From the NCBI RefSeq assembly GCF_006345805.1, contig NW_021833135.1:1-29133 (forward strand): a stretch of DNA of 29,133 nucleotides, given 5' to 3'. The position numbers and the translations under genes were made by a program. Each line of letters starts with the position of its first letter. Positions within the stretch are counted from its first letter, which is position 1. The stretch is from Octopus sinensis. Lineage: Eukaryota. The notes beneath the pieces are model-generated. The model was given only the letters and a program-made list of their open reading frames with translations. It did not search any database and was not told the origin of the DNA. Of this stretch, positions 1 through 10,955 are shown piece by piece.

Positions 1-437
1 ACCGAGGCCTCGAAGGGTAGGTCATCCCCGACCCACACTTATGAATAACACTGAATCTAATGTGTGCATGTGTGTGTGTATGTTTGTGCGTATGGGTGTA
101 TGTGGGTATATGTTTGTATGTATGTGTATTTGTATGTATGTGTTAGGTATGTTTGTGTGTACGGTAACCGAGTTATCATGAAGTTGACAAATGCCAGGCC
201 TTTCACCTCAGATAATTGTTTAGAAAAATTGTTGTTTATTTCTGAATAATCTTTTAGCAATATGCATCGCAATTTAAAATAATTTCAACGTTTAAAGTCA
301 TTTTAATTTCTTTCTTTCATTATAAAGCATGGCAGTCTGCGACTTATTCCACTTTAGAATCCTACAAACCGAGGCCACGAAGGGTCGGTCTTCCCCGACC
401 CACACTTATGAATAACACTGAATCTAATGTGTGCATG
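1..437. repeat. ~367-bp period direct repeat with a GC hairpin
   Basis: 1-70 recurs at 368-437 with three substitutions; GGGTCGG-TCTTCC-CCGACCC forms a 7-bp stem. Confidence 0.6.
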
Positions 438-1260
438 TGAATGTGTATGTGTTGTGCGTATGGGTGTATGTGTGTATATGTTTGTATGTGTGTATGTATG
501 TGTGTAAGTGTGTGTATGTATGTGTGTAAGTGTGTGTATGTATGTGTATTTGTATGTATGTGTCTGTGTGTATGGGTGTATGTGCGTATATGTATGTGTG
601 TAAGTGTGTGTATGTATGTGTATTTGTATGTATGTGTCTGTGTGTATGGGTGTATGTGCGTATATGTATGTGTGTAAGTGTGTGTATGTATGTGTGTAAT
701 GTGTGTATGTATGGTATTTGTATGTATGTGTCTGTGTGTATGGGTGTATGTGCGTATATGTATGTGTATTTGTATGTATGTGTCTGTGTGTATGGGTGTA
801 TGTGCGTATATGTATGTGTGTAAGTGTGTGTATGTATGTGTATTTGTATGTATGTGTCTGTGTGTATGGGTGTATGTGCGTATATGTGTGTATGTGTGTA
901 TGTATGTGTGTAAGTGTGTGTATGTATGTGTGTAAGTGTGTGTATGTATGTGTATTTGTATGTATGTGTCTGTGTGTATGGGTGCATGTGCGTATATGTG
1001 TGTATGTATGCGTGTGTGTGTATGTATGTATGTATGTGTGTTTGTATGTATGTGTATGTATATATATATAGATGTGTGTGTGTATGTATACGTATATGTG
1101 TATGTAAAGTTGCGCATATGTGTGTGTGTGTGTGTATGTGCGTATATGTGTATGTACGTGTGTATGTGTATGTGTATGTGTATGCATATATATATATATA
1201 TATAATATATATATGTGTGTGTGTGTGTGTGAGTGTGTGTGTGTGTGTATGTGTGTGTGA
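430..1260. repeat. Compound (TG/TA) microsatellite with higher-order ~60-75 bp units
   Basis: Recurring TATTTGTATGTATGTGTCTGTGTGTATGGGTGTATGTGCGTATATG blocks. Confidence 0.9.
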
Positions 1261-1653
1261 CATTTCACAACCAACAGTTGTGGGAACCCTTCCGTCCTCT
1301 ATCTGCTTGTTCTTCTCTTTCTTTTCTCTGCCAGCCTGTCAGCCAGCCTGTCACTCCATTTCTTCTAATAATTCGCCATTCAGTCTACTACCCCCTTAGT
1401 TGTTATTGTTGCTGTTGCTGTTGTTGTTGTTGTTGTTGTTGTGTTGTTTTATAACTGCTGCGAAACTCGTTGGCTCGTCAAGCAATAACTGTTCAACTGG
1501 ATTTGTTCAAGCTCAGTGTTTCTCAACCACTCTTTAACCCTTGGTTCCTTTTTGATCCCTATTTTAACTCCCGTGGACCCTCATAGCCATTCGATGTCTA
1601 AAAATAAAAATCCTATTCTAATTTATATATAATATATATATATATAATATATC

Positions 1654-1684
<31 letters not shown>

Positions 1685-1716
1685 AGATATATGTATATAG
1701 ATCTATAGATATATAT

Positions 1717-1751
<35 letters not shown>

Positions 1752-1795
1752 GTATATGATTATGAGTATATAATATATATATATTATATATATAT

Positions 1796-1840
<45 letters not shown>

Positions 1841-1881
1841 GTATATATTTATGTATATATGTATATATTTTGTATATAATA

Positions 1882-1919
<38 letters not shown>

Positions 1920-1928
<9 letters not shown>

Positions 1929-2095
1929 TTGTCCCCCTAGCATTGCTTGACAACCGATGCTGGTGTGTTTACGTCCCCGTCATCTAGCGGTTCGGCAAAA
2001 GTGACCGATAGAATAAGTACTGGGCTTACAAAGGCGGTGCTCAAGCATGGCCGCAGTCAAATGACTGAAACAAGTAAAAGCGTAAAAAGAGTAAG
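1920..2095 (+). mobile_element. 3' half of the CORE-type SINE
   Basis: Reverse complement of the 7495-7700 segment. Confidence 0.7.
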
Positions 2096-2284
2096 AGTAT
2101 ATATATATAATATAGATTTATATATATATATATGTATATATATATATTATATCTAGATATATATATCTATATATATATATATATATATATAAAGGCAAAG
2201 TTTACGAAAATAATCAAAAGGACGAAGATAGGTGGTGTACAAACAAACAAATGTATTAGTATAGCGCTCAGGTATAGAAAAAAG

Positions 2285-2322
2285 TCTTTTACGTTTCGAG
2301 CCTACGCTCTTCCACAGAAAGA
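2285..2322 (-). ncRNA. Hammerhead-like motif with variant CUGUNGA core
   Basis: Minus strand reads TCTTT-CTGTGGA-A-GAGC(GTAG)GCTC-GAAA-CG-TA-AAAGA. Lies in a short repeat (~2190-2350) flanked by (TA)n. Confidence 0.55.
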
Positions 2323-2350
2323 TACACAGAAAAAACAAGGAGAGAATTAC

Positions 2351-2421
<71 letters not shown>

Positions 2422-2899
2422 GGGTGGTGTGTGTGTGTGTGCGTGTGTGTGTGTGTTTGTGTGTGTATATAAAACAGACTGTTAAAAATTTTAACAGTCT
2501 GTTTTTATACACATACAACACACACACACACATATATATACATACTTCTTTCTCTCCTTGTTTCTCTCCTTGTTTTTTTCTGTCTATCTTTCTGTGGAAG
2601 AGCGTAGGCTGATTCATTTCATTCTCAAACTCCCACACACAACATGGACTAAAATCTTCTTAAGAAAAGACGAAGTTACAATAATATCAATGTCATGATT
2701 AGTGAAAGTGAAACCGGTCGACAAACTCAATACTCTTTCAATTATAAAATATATTTAAAATATATTAAACTTATGTAAACTGTGCAGTTTCCTTCTTTTA
2801 TTTTGTACATATTGTTTTTGCATCACAACTCACCACGTGGGGATAATCGAAATTCTTCGCTTCCTCCTCTTTCTTACTAATCTTTACCACACGTGGAAC

Positions 2900-3655
2900 G
2901 GAAAATGCCGCTGAATCCTACCTCAAACGCGCCGGATAAAATTACCAACGAGGACATACTGAAGGAATTAAAAGAAATTAATTCAAATCTAAGTATTCTA
3001 ACAAACGAAATCGTTATATTAAATTGCTGCACCCGAAAAGCAACTGAAAATGAGCAGAGAAGACAACCTACAGAGAAGACAACCTACAGAGAAAGTTAGT
3101 CAAAATTTGAACGAACTATGCACAACTATGCACAACACTGAGCTGAATTTTCACAAACAATTTTGAAAAAGAATCATCACCAAAACACCAAAACCATAAT
3201 TAAAATATACCTATATCAGTGCATTTAATTAAAAGCTGAATGAGCCATATTTGGTCCAAAAATCTAAACGCTAGGAAATTTTCAGTTTGGAACATGATAA
3301 GAAATAATAACAAGGCAGAAATATATGAGAGCATGGATGAACTCAACACCATTAATTCTGCCACGTAAACTACAAATCAAAGCAATCCTAAAAGAGCCCG
3401 AACCACAAAAACAACTTAGGGACAAAATGAAAATAGAGACTGAGTTATTTAGAGCATCGGATAACAAAGAAGTATATAAGACCATCGATGAAGAAATGCA
3501 CACCGAACTCACTAAACATGATGATGGACAACTTTTGGAAAGCGTTATAAAACTATGGAAAGATAGCTGTGAGCCGGAAGAAATGAATTCCCTTGAACGG
3601 TTTAAAAGCGACCACAGTTTAGATAACCCCCTTTTGAAAAAATCTGGAAGATAGC
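2900..3655 (+). pseudogene. Decayed coding-like remnant, probably transposon-derived; family not identified
   Basis: Two complex, charged, helical-looking ORFs (2893-3099 and 3325-3654) without splice context or a recognisable domain. Confidence 0.3.
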
Positions 3656-3771
3656 TGCTCAAGATGTCACGCAGTGGGACTGAACTCGGAACCATGTGGT
3701 TATGAAGAAAGCTTCATACCACACAGCCACACCAGCGCCTATGCGCGCACACACACACACCACACACACAA

Positions 3772-3802
<31 letters not shown>

Positions 3803-3990
3803 CACACTCAAACATACACACACAAACACATACGATGAGCTTATTTCAGTTTCTGTCTACCATATCCACTCACAAGATTTTGGTTGGCCCAAGGCAAGAG
3901 TAGAAGACACTTGCGCAAGGCGCCACACCGTGGGACTGAACCGGGAACCATGTGGTTTGGAAGCAAGCTTCTTACCACATAACTACGACT
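3655..3990 (-). mobile_element. Two partial 5' halves of the CORE-type SINE around a (CA)n tract
   Basis: GGGACTGAAC..GGAACCATGTGGTT...ACCACA occurs twice (~3675 and ~3930). Confidence 0.65.
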
Positions 3991-4514
3991 GTACTTATAC
4001 ATAGATATCTGAAAAGAAAACTGACACCATTGTTTTTGAAAGATTTGTTTCTTGAGACCTCTGAATGTCATCTGAGGTGTCCTGTGCAGTTTTTAATGAT
4101 TTGAGCACTGCACTAATGAACGCTGTGTCCTTAGAGATAAAACGGTGTAATGGGAGGTGTGTTGCTCTCTATATTGCTCTCTATCTCCCCACTCTCTCTC
4201 TCTGTATATAGTAATCATCATCGACATCATCATTGTTATCACCATCGTTATCATCATCGCCTTTGCCATCCTCCTCCTCCACTTCAATCATCATCATCAT
4301 CATCAATAACATTTAAAGTCCGTTTTCTATGCTAGCAAAGGTTAGATGACTTGACAGGAACTGGCAAGGCCAGGGGTCACACTAGGTTTCATGGTGTGTG
4401 TGTTTGTGTTTGTGTGTGTGTATGTGTGTATACAGACCATGGAACCGTGTGTGTCACACACACACATCTATATCTATATCTATATCTATATATATCTATA
4501 TCTATCTATCTATC

Positions 4515-4601
<87 letters not shown>

Positions 4602-4735
4602 ATATATATATATATATATACACGCAATATATTAATAGTAACTGTATGACAACAAAAGGATGAATGAAACCTCGATATTATATAAATAGAGGAATTTATC
4701 TGTAAATATAATATGTGGCAATTATTCGGTTGCCA

Positions 4736-4798
4736 TAATAAAACTCCGAGTTTCGGATGTCGGGGAGGAAATCTGCTTCAGCATCTCGTCAGTTATTA
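4736..4798 (-). ncRNA. Type I hammerhead-like fold
   Basis: Minus strand reads TAATAA-CTGACGA-GATG...CATC C-GAAA-CT CGG AG-TT-TTATTA. Stem I 6 bp, one bulged C in stem II, GUU triplet. Confidence 0.6.
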
Positions 4799-5901
4799 AC
4801 ACAAAGCAAAATTGCTATGAAAATGACCGTTAAACAAAGGGAAATTACTATGAAGTTGACTGTAATTAAAATCAAACAAAACAGTTATTAGAATGACCGT
4901 TAAGTAAAGGAGAAAACCCCAAAAGGGGAGAAAGTAAAAACCGCTCATAGGATTCGCGCATCTACATACATACACATGCGTGCACGCACACCCACATACA
5001 TGTGCATATATGCATATGGTTACTCACTCTCACGTGAAACACATACATGCACCCTCCACACACCTATATGTATACATATATATGCAACCATACACATGTA
5101 CACATATACGTATCCGCACACACGCACGTATATATACCCATACGGGCACGCATATGCTATATATGCATATTTTCATTCTCACTCGCGTGAAACACATACA
5201 TGCACACCCACACACCTATATGTATACATATATATGCAACCATACACATGTACACATATACGCACCAGCACACACACACACACACATACACACACACACA
5301 CCACGTATATATACCCATACGCGCATAAATATGTTCATATACACCCCGCTACAGGTCTAAATTCAAGAACTGAACTTTTTGGTTCATGCCCACATATGGC
5401 TAAATATTTGCTACGTTTTTGGTCCCTCCCCTTAAGAGCACAGATTGAACCTGCTTTTTATATTGTGTCCACATACAAGCATTTTATCTCTATATTTTAT
5501 ATATACATGTTTTTACATATTTATATATTTTTATATATTTTTATTGCTTTATATATTTTTACATATTTTTTCTGTATATTACCTTTCAGCCTGCTTTTTT
5601 TGTGCATGTGCGTATATAGACTTCGTACCGAGCACAGTAGTACCACCAATTTTCGAATTCAGTACCCTACTTTCGTAACTCCCACCACATTGGTACCTTC
5701 TCTCTGTATTTGCGTACCATCACATATTCATAACCCAACCCCTGCCATTCGTAAGTACCAGCGCATTCGTGCCGCGAACATTCATTCTCAGCACATTCCT
5801 ACCCTCACATATTTTAGTCTCCTACATTCGTATCCCTGCCATATTCGTAACCACACACACACACACACACAGAGTTGTACCTCAATATCTAGGCGTAAGA
5901 A

Positions 5902-6265
5902 GGCGGCGAGCTGGCAGAAACGTTAGCATGCCGGGCGAAATGCTTAGCGGTATTTTGTCTGCCGTTACGTTCTGAGTTCAAATTCCGCCGAGGTCGACTT
6001 TGACTTTCATCCTTTCTGGGTCGATTAAATAAGTACCAGTTACACACTGTGGTCGATGTATCGACTTATAATTAATCCGTTTGTCTGTCCTCTGTTTGTC
6101 CTCCTCTGTGTTAAGCCCCTTGAGGGTAGTAAAGAAATGGGTATTTCGTCTGCCGTTACGTTCTGGGTTCAAATTCCGCCGAGGTCGACTTTGCCTTCCA
6201 TCCTTTCAGGCTCGATAAATTAAGTACCAGCTGCGTAATGGGGGCGATCTAATCGACTGCCCCCA
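5902..6265 (+). mobile_element. tRNA-derived SINE with a Nin/Deu-like central domain, partly duplicated internally
   Basis: Box A/B-like head (GGCGAGCTGGCAGAA...GAGTTCAAATTCC) followed by GTCGACTTTGCCTTTCATCC...GTCGATAAATTAAGTACCAG. Further copies at 17335-17850 and 19961-20735. Confidence 0.75.
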
Positions 6266-6279
6266 CCTAAAACAAATTC

Positions 6280-6790
6280 ATGGTAAGAAGTTCGCTTCCC
6301 AACCACAAGGTTCCGGGTTCAGCCCCACGTTCGGGCATCCCGGCACCTTGGTCAAACTATCTTCTACTTTTACCTGTCTCTGTTTTTTTTTATTTCCTTC
6401 TATCTTCAATTTTATTCCTCTCAATCCTTTCTGTCGAAGAGCATAGGCTTGAAACGTTAACGACTTGTCAATTCTTCTGAAGCATCAAGTTAATACACTT
6501 GCTCTTACACCTGTCTTCATCTTTTGCTTTCAGTAAATTCCAACTATATCTGCTACTATAGCTTCGGGCCGACCAAAGACTTTTGATTGGATTTGGTAGA
6601 TGGAAACTGTATAAAGCCTGTCGTATATATTCATATTTATGTATATATTTTTTGCCCTCTACCGCCGCTTTACAGCCGGTGTTGGTATGTTTACGTCCCT
6701 ACAACCCTGTGTTTCGGTAGAAAGAGACCGATTGTACTAGGCTCGACTAAAATTCTTTGAGTCAGTGCCCCAGTACGGCCGCGTCTAAAG
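6280..6790 (+). mobile_element. CORE-type SINE interrupted by a ~190-bp HHR-like insert
   Basis: Head at 6280-6365, insert at ~6366-6548, and the SINE body resumes at CTACTATAGCTTCGGGCCGACCAAAG. Confidence 0.6.
6426..6463 (+). ncRNA. Hammerhead-like motif with variant CUGUNGA core, weak stem I
   Basis: CCTTT-CTGTCGA-A-GAGC(ATAG)GCTT-GAAA-CG-TT-AACGA. Confidence 0.4.
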
Positions 6791-7240
6791 ACCAGATAAC
6801 TTAAAAGATAACACATGCACGTATCTTGATGATGCCCCCTACTCCCATTCGCATATCACACACTCGTACATCCCGAGATATTCACTCTTTACCCTCCCCC
6901 CACACACACACTCGTACCAAAAGCACATATCTGTACCTCACCCCGACTTGATACATATCTCAATTGCCGATAAACCCGGATTTCTCAGCCTATTTTAAAA
7001 CCGAGGTGAGTAACCTCACACCTTTTCGTCTCCAACCACCACCACCACCACCACACACATTCGTATCCACAAACCGTACCCCTGTCACATTCGCACCCTC
7101 CGCCAATGCACCCCCATCCAGCTGCCACTCATTCGTGTCTCCACACATACGTAGCTTCTCCACTCGCATACATTTTCCTCTCACCTACCCCATACATTGG
7201 TACCTACATGCACGCAGGAAAATCAGAGACCACCTCTTAC

Positions 7241-7314
7241 GATAAAGCTGCAATATAAAAGAGGTCGACGATAATAAAATGCATGCAATTATCTACACAG
7301 AACAGTCTTTATCT
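7241..7314 (+). promoter_or_regulatory. Candidate core promoter of the receptor gene: TATA box plus GATA-type motifs
   Basis: TATAAAAG at 7254-7261, ~150 bp upstream of the ATG, in non-repetitive sequence. TTATCT (AGATAA on the minus strand) at 7289-7294 and 7309-7314. Motif matches only. Confidence 0.4.
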
Positions 7315-7402
7315 ACAGAGTGTTAACAGAGAATTGCATGTAGTGTTTACACATTGTTTTGCGAGCTGTTCTGGACATTACATCTAAGAGAGCTTCCAAA
7401 AA

Positions 7403-7487
7403 ATGGCGATCTTCACGCTTAGAATATTTACATTCGGTGCAGTGTCCCTGTTTGTGTTTGGATTTCTTCCACACCGAGTACTCACGG
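7403..7487 (+). CDS. Coding exon 1 (signal peptide) of a divergent nAChR-like Cys-loop receptor subunit
   Basis: AAAAATGG start context (A at -3, G at +4). Translates MAIFTLRIFTFGAVSLFVFGFLPHRVLT, a signal-peptide-like sequence, and ends at a GTAAGT donor (7488). 85 nt, phase 1; its last G plus the CT of exon 2 gives GCT in the exon 2 frame. Confidence 0.8.
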
Positions 7488-7494
7488 GTAAGTG

Positions 7495-7740
7495 AACTCT
7501 TTTACTCTTTTACTCTTTTACTTGTTTCAGTCATTTGACTGCGGCCATGCTGGGGCACCGCCTTTGGTTGAGCAAATCGACCCCGGGATTTATTCTTTGT
7601 AAGCCCAGTACTTATTCTATCGGTCTCTTTGCCGAACCGCTAAGTTACGGGGACGTAAACACACCAGCATCGGTTGTCAAGCATTGCTAGGGGGTCAAAC
7701 GCAGACACACAAACACATACACTCACATACATATATATAT
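7495..7740 (-). mobile_element. 3' half of the CORE-type SINE
   Basis: Homologous to 24605-24840, with (CTCTTTTA)n tail repeats at the left end. Confidence 0.75.
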
Positions 7741-7800
7741 ATATAAATATAGCTGATCGGCTTAAGCGGGGCAGGGTCGTTGTTTATTTATAATACATTC

Positions 7801-7848
7801 AGGCCTGCTGATGAATACGTAAGTATGAAATCACTGTGATACAGGTCT
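7801..7848 (+). ncRNA. Type I minimal hammerhead ribozyme, copy 1 of a tandem pair
   Basis: AGGCCTG-CTGATGA-ATAC(GTAA)GTAT-GAAA-TCAC T GTGA-TA-CAGGTCT. Stem I 7 bp, stem II 4 bp with a GNRA loop, palindromic stem III, AUA cleavage triplet (cut after 7841). Confidence 0.9.
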
Positions 7849-8281
7849 ATATATTTTTTAAATGTCTTACTTTGAAAAATTGCATTCGGTGGGATTAGTA
7901 ATATTTTTGGTAGAAATGACTAATTGTCCCTCTTAGCGTGTGCTTGTATGTATAATGCCTTCTGGCATGTATTTAATGCCCTCTATATATAAATTAATAT
8001 GTTCAATAAGAAATAATTATTTTCGAATTTTTTCTCTTATGAGGTTTTCACGCTATCTACCTGACAATTTCTTGTTAAGTTTTCCTTATTAAGTAGTTGT
8101 CCTTAATTGCTAATTTTTTATTTATTCGAAAAAAACTTTTCCTCTCCGAAATGCAATTCGTAAAAGTTTGCCATTTATATCCGGATGTAATATATGTAAA
8201 CTCACCCATGTGCTTCGTTGATGTTGATCAGTTAGCTGATCGGCTTAAGCGGGGAGGGTCGTTGTTATTTATAATACATTC

Positions 8282-8329
8282 AGGCCTGCTGATGAATACG
8301 TAAGTATGAAATCACTGTGATACAGGTCT
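8282..8329 (+). ncRNA. Type I minimal hammerhead ribozyme, copy 2 of a tandem pair
   Basis: Same 48-nt sequence as 7801-7848, 481 bp downstream; predicted cut after 8322. Confidence 0.9.
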
Positions 8330-8591
8330 ATATATTTTTTAAATGTCTTACTTTGAAAAATTGCATTCGGTGGGATTAGTAATATTTTGGTAGAAATGAC
8401 TAATTGTCCCTCTTAGCGTGTGGCTTGTATGTATAACCTTCTGGCATGTATGTATAATGCCCTCTATATATAAATTAATATGTTCAATAAGAAATAATTA
8501 TTTTCGAAATGTTTTCTCTTATGAGGTTTTCACGCTATCTACCTGACAATTTCTTGTTAAGTTTTCCTTATTAAGTAGTTGTCCTTAATTG

Positions 8592-8631
<40 letters not shown>

Positions 8632-8680
8632 TATATTATATATATATATATAGTAATATAGTAAATATTATATATATAAT

Positions 8681-8749
<69 letters not shown>

Positions 8750-8955
8750 GTATATATATATATATATACATATACATATACATATATATATATGTGTGTG
8801 TAGATTTCCCTCTCTCTCTCTCTCTAATATATATTATATATATATATATACATATGTATATACATAATATATATGTATATATATAAGTATATGTATATAT
8901 ATAATGTGTATGTATATATATATGTAGATATATATGTATATATATATGTATAGTA

Positions 8956-9019
<64 letters not shown>

Positions 9020-9020
9020 A

Positions 9021-10645
9021 ATATATATAGATTCAGATGAATATGATACTTAAGTTGAGGTAACAAGGATATTCCGAGGTAATGCAGTACGATCGTTTCA
9101 TGCAACTCCATTTAATTGAACAATGCAAATCATTACATCAATTTAAAATGTAGAGCAATCTTCAGCCGCACAAAGACATAAAATTTAATTAAATTAGAAC
9201 AGATGGACACATTAGTATAATTATACCTGAAAGTTCCAAGAAGTTAAGGAGATAGACAAAGAACATATTGTCTCTACTTCAGCATAGAAGTTACTAAAAT
9301 TTTCAAGAAGATTCTCTCTGCCACTGATTTTTTGTCTTAAATCCCTTGTATATCTAAGTCTAAGAGAACAGAGGGCAGTAACTGTTAGGGTTATGGCTGA
9401 GAGAGTAGACAGACATTCTAGTTGGTATAGTCATAAAAATCAAGATTTATTATAAGCAATATCATGAGGTTTAGGAAGGGAAAACTTAAAACAAGATGTT
9501 AGCTGACAATTAAGGGGGCAGCCACTAGCAGACTATTGATAATGAAACAGGGGAAGTCTTATCATATGGTACTATAGTTAGATATTTTAAACAATGTTGC
9601 TATGTATACAGTTAAAGTTTATGGTTATTCAAAGGATTATTAAGAAGAATATTATAACAAAAGGATAGAAATTTATGAATACTTTTGAGTTTATACCAAA
9701 CTTCTTACCACAATAGAGGGAGGAAAAGAAATTATCCAGAAATAGTTTAATATTTATACATATTGTATACTTAAATACTAACTCATCAGTTGGTATCTGT
9801 GAAAATTGATTAATTGGTATATACTGGTATTAATAAAGGTGTATTGGGGTAAAGGAACATGCTAATTCTGTAATAGTAAAATTTTAATCTAAGCAGTATT
9901 TTTTATAAGTAGTGAATATACCAGAATATTTTTATATAAGCTAAGTATGAATTTATAGAGATACAAAAATTAGATTAATTTTATAAATAAAGAAAGGCTG
10001 ATTATAAAGTAATAAAGAAATAAAATAAAATATTCAAGTATGGCAGAACACCATAGAAAAGGAAATAAAATAGCTTAATTACTAATACTATCGTAAAGTA
10101 TATGTAGCTTGTTAACACCAATAGAAAAGATTTTTAGAAAAAGTATAATATTTCAAAATATATTAGACTAAATATTATATATTTACTTATTTAGCTAATA
10201 TCAATAAAATACTGATGTTTGGTATTGGCTAAAGGAATATTTAAGTTATGGAACAATCATATTTTACATTAATCTTTTTTTAAAAACTAAGGGTTATATT
10301 ATAGGTTTAAGAAGTTATTATTGTTACTCCCTACATGATATTTATAGTTTCTTAGTGGTACTTGTTTAGAAGGGTTATTTATATAAAGGCCCTTATAAAT
10401 ATTAAGATCAAGAAGGTAGAGCCATTTAACAAAGAGATAAATCAAGTAATTTCTAAAGATCATTTCATACGATATTGTCTTATTGTATAAAGTTAAAATT
10501 ATTAAGAATGATATTTTCACAAAAGGATAAAACTTCTTTGAATATTTTGAATATATATCAAGTTTTTTACCACAATAGAGGGAGGAAAAGAAAATTGCAA
10601 AGAAAAAGTTTAATATTTATTTACTTATTACTTATCTAAATATTA
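9021..10645. repeat. AT-rich decayed repeat carrying the 9082 HHR and an internal duplication
   Basis: ACCACAATAGAGGGAGGAAAAGAAA...AGTTTAATATTTAT occurs at ~9706 and ~10569. Starts at the edge of a (TA)n tract. Confidence 0.45.
9082..9171 (-). ncRNA. Type I hammerhead ribozyme with long stem II
   Basis: Minus strand reads GTGCGG-CTGAAGA-TTGC...GCAT-GAAA-C GATC G-TA-CTGCAT. Stem I 6 bp (two G-U), self-complementary ACGATCGT stem III, GUA triplet. The first stem II pair is a U-U mismatch. Confidence 0.7.
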
Positions 10646-10659
10646 ACTTATTATATTAT

Positions 10660-10950
10660 ATTTATTCCTTTCAATCCTTTCTGTCGAAGGGCGTAGGCTC
10701 GAAACGTTAAAGGCTTTTCCATTATTGCCGAGCGTTAAACTAATACACCTGCTTGTTGTTCCTACACCTGTCTTCATCATTTGCTTTTTGTAAATTTCAA
10801 CTATATCTTGTACTATAAGCTTCGGGCCGACCAAAGACTTTTGAGAGGATTTGGTAGATGGAAACTGTATGAAGCCCGTCATATATATTCATATTTATGT
10901 GTATATTTTTTTGTGGCAGTGTTTTCCTCCGTCGCCGCTTTACAAACGGT
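10660..10950 (+). mobile_element. Second copy of the HHR-like insert fused to the CORE-SINE body
   Basis: Collinear with 6410-6680 across the same junction. Confidence 0.6.
10676..10713 (+). ncRNA. Hammerhead-like motif with variant CUGUNGA core (sense, intron 1)
   Basis: CCTTT-CTGTCGA-A-GGGC(GTAG)GCTC-GAAA-CG-TT-AAAGG; perfect 5-bp stem I. Confidence 0.55.
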
Positions 10951-10955
10951 GTCGA

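Larger units (their letters stand above)
7751..8594 (+). mobile_element. ~1.75 tandem copies of a ~482-bp HHR-bearing unit (retrozyme or Penelope pseudo-LTR-like)
   Basis: 7751-8110 is nearly identical to 8234-8594. One HHR per unit, no coding signature, TA-rich runs on both flanks. Confidence 0.75.

Noticed and set aside
57-1454. Long His/Thr/Tyr- and Val/Cys/Met-rich ORFs
   Set aside because: They are translations of TG/TA microsatellite, open in several frames on both strands, with no domain or splice support.
2660-2725. GAAACCGGTC palindromic stem III motif
   Set aside because: The upstream core is degenerate (AAGACGA) and there is no stem I pairing.
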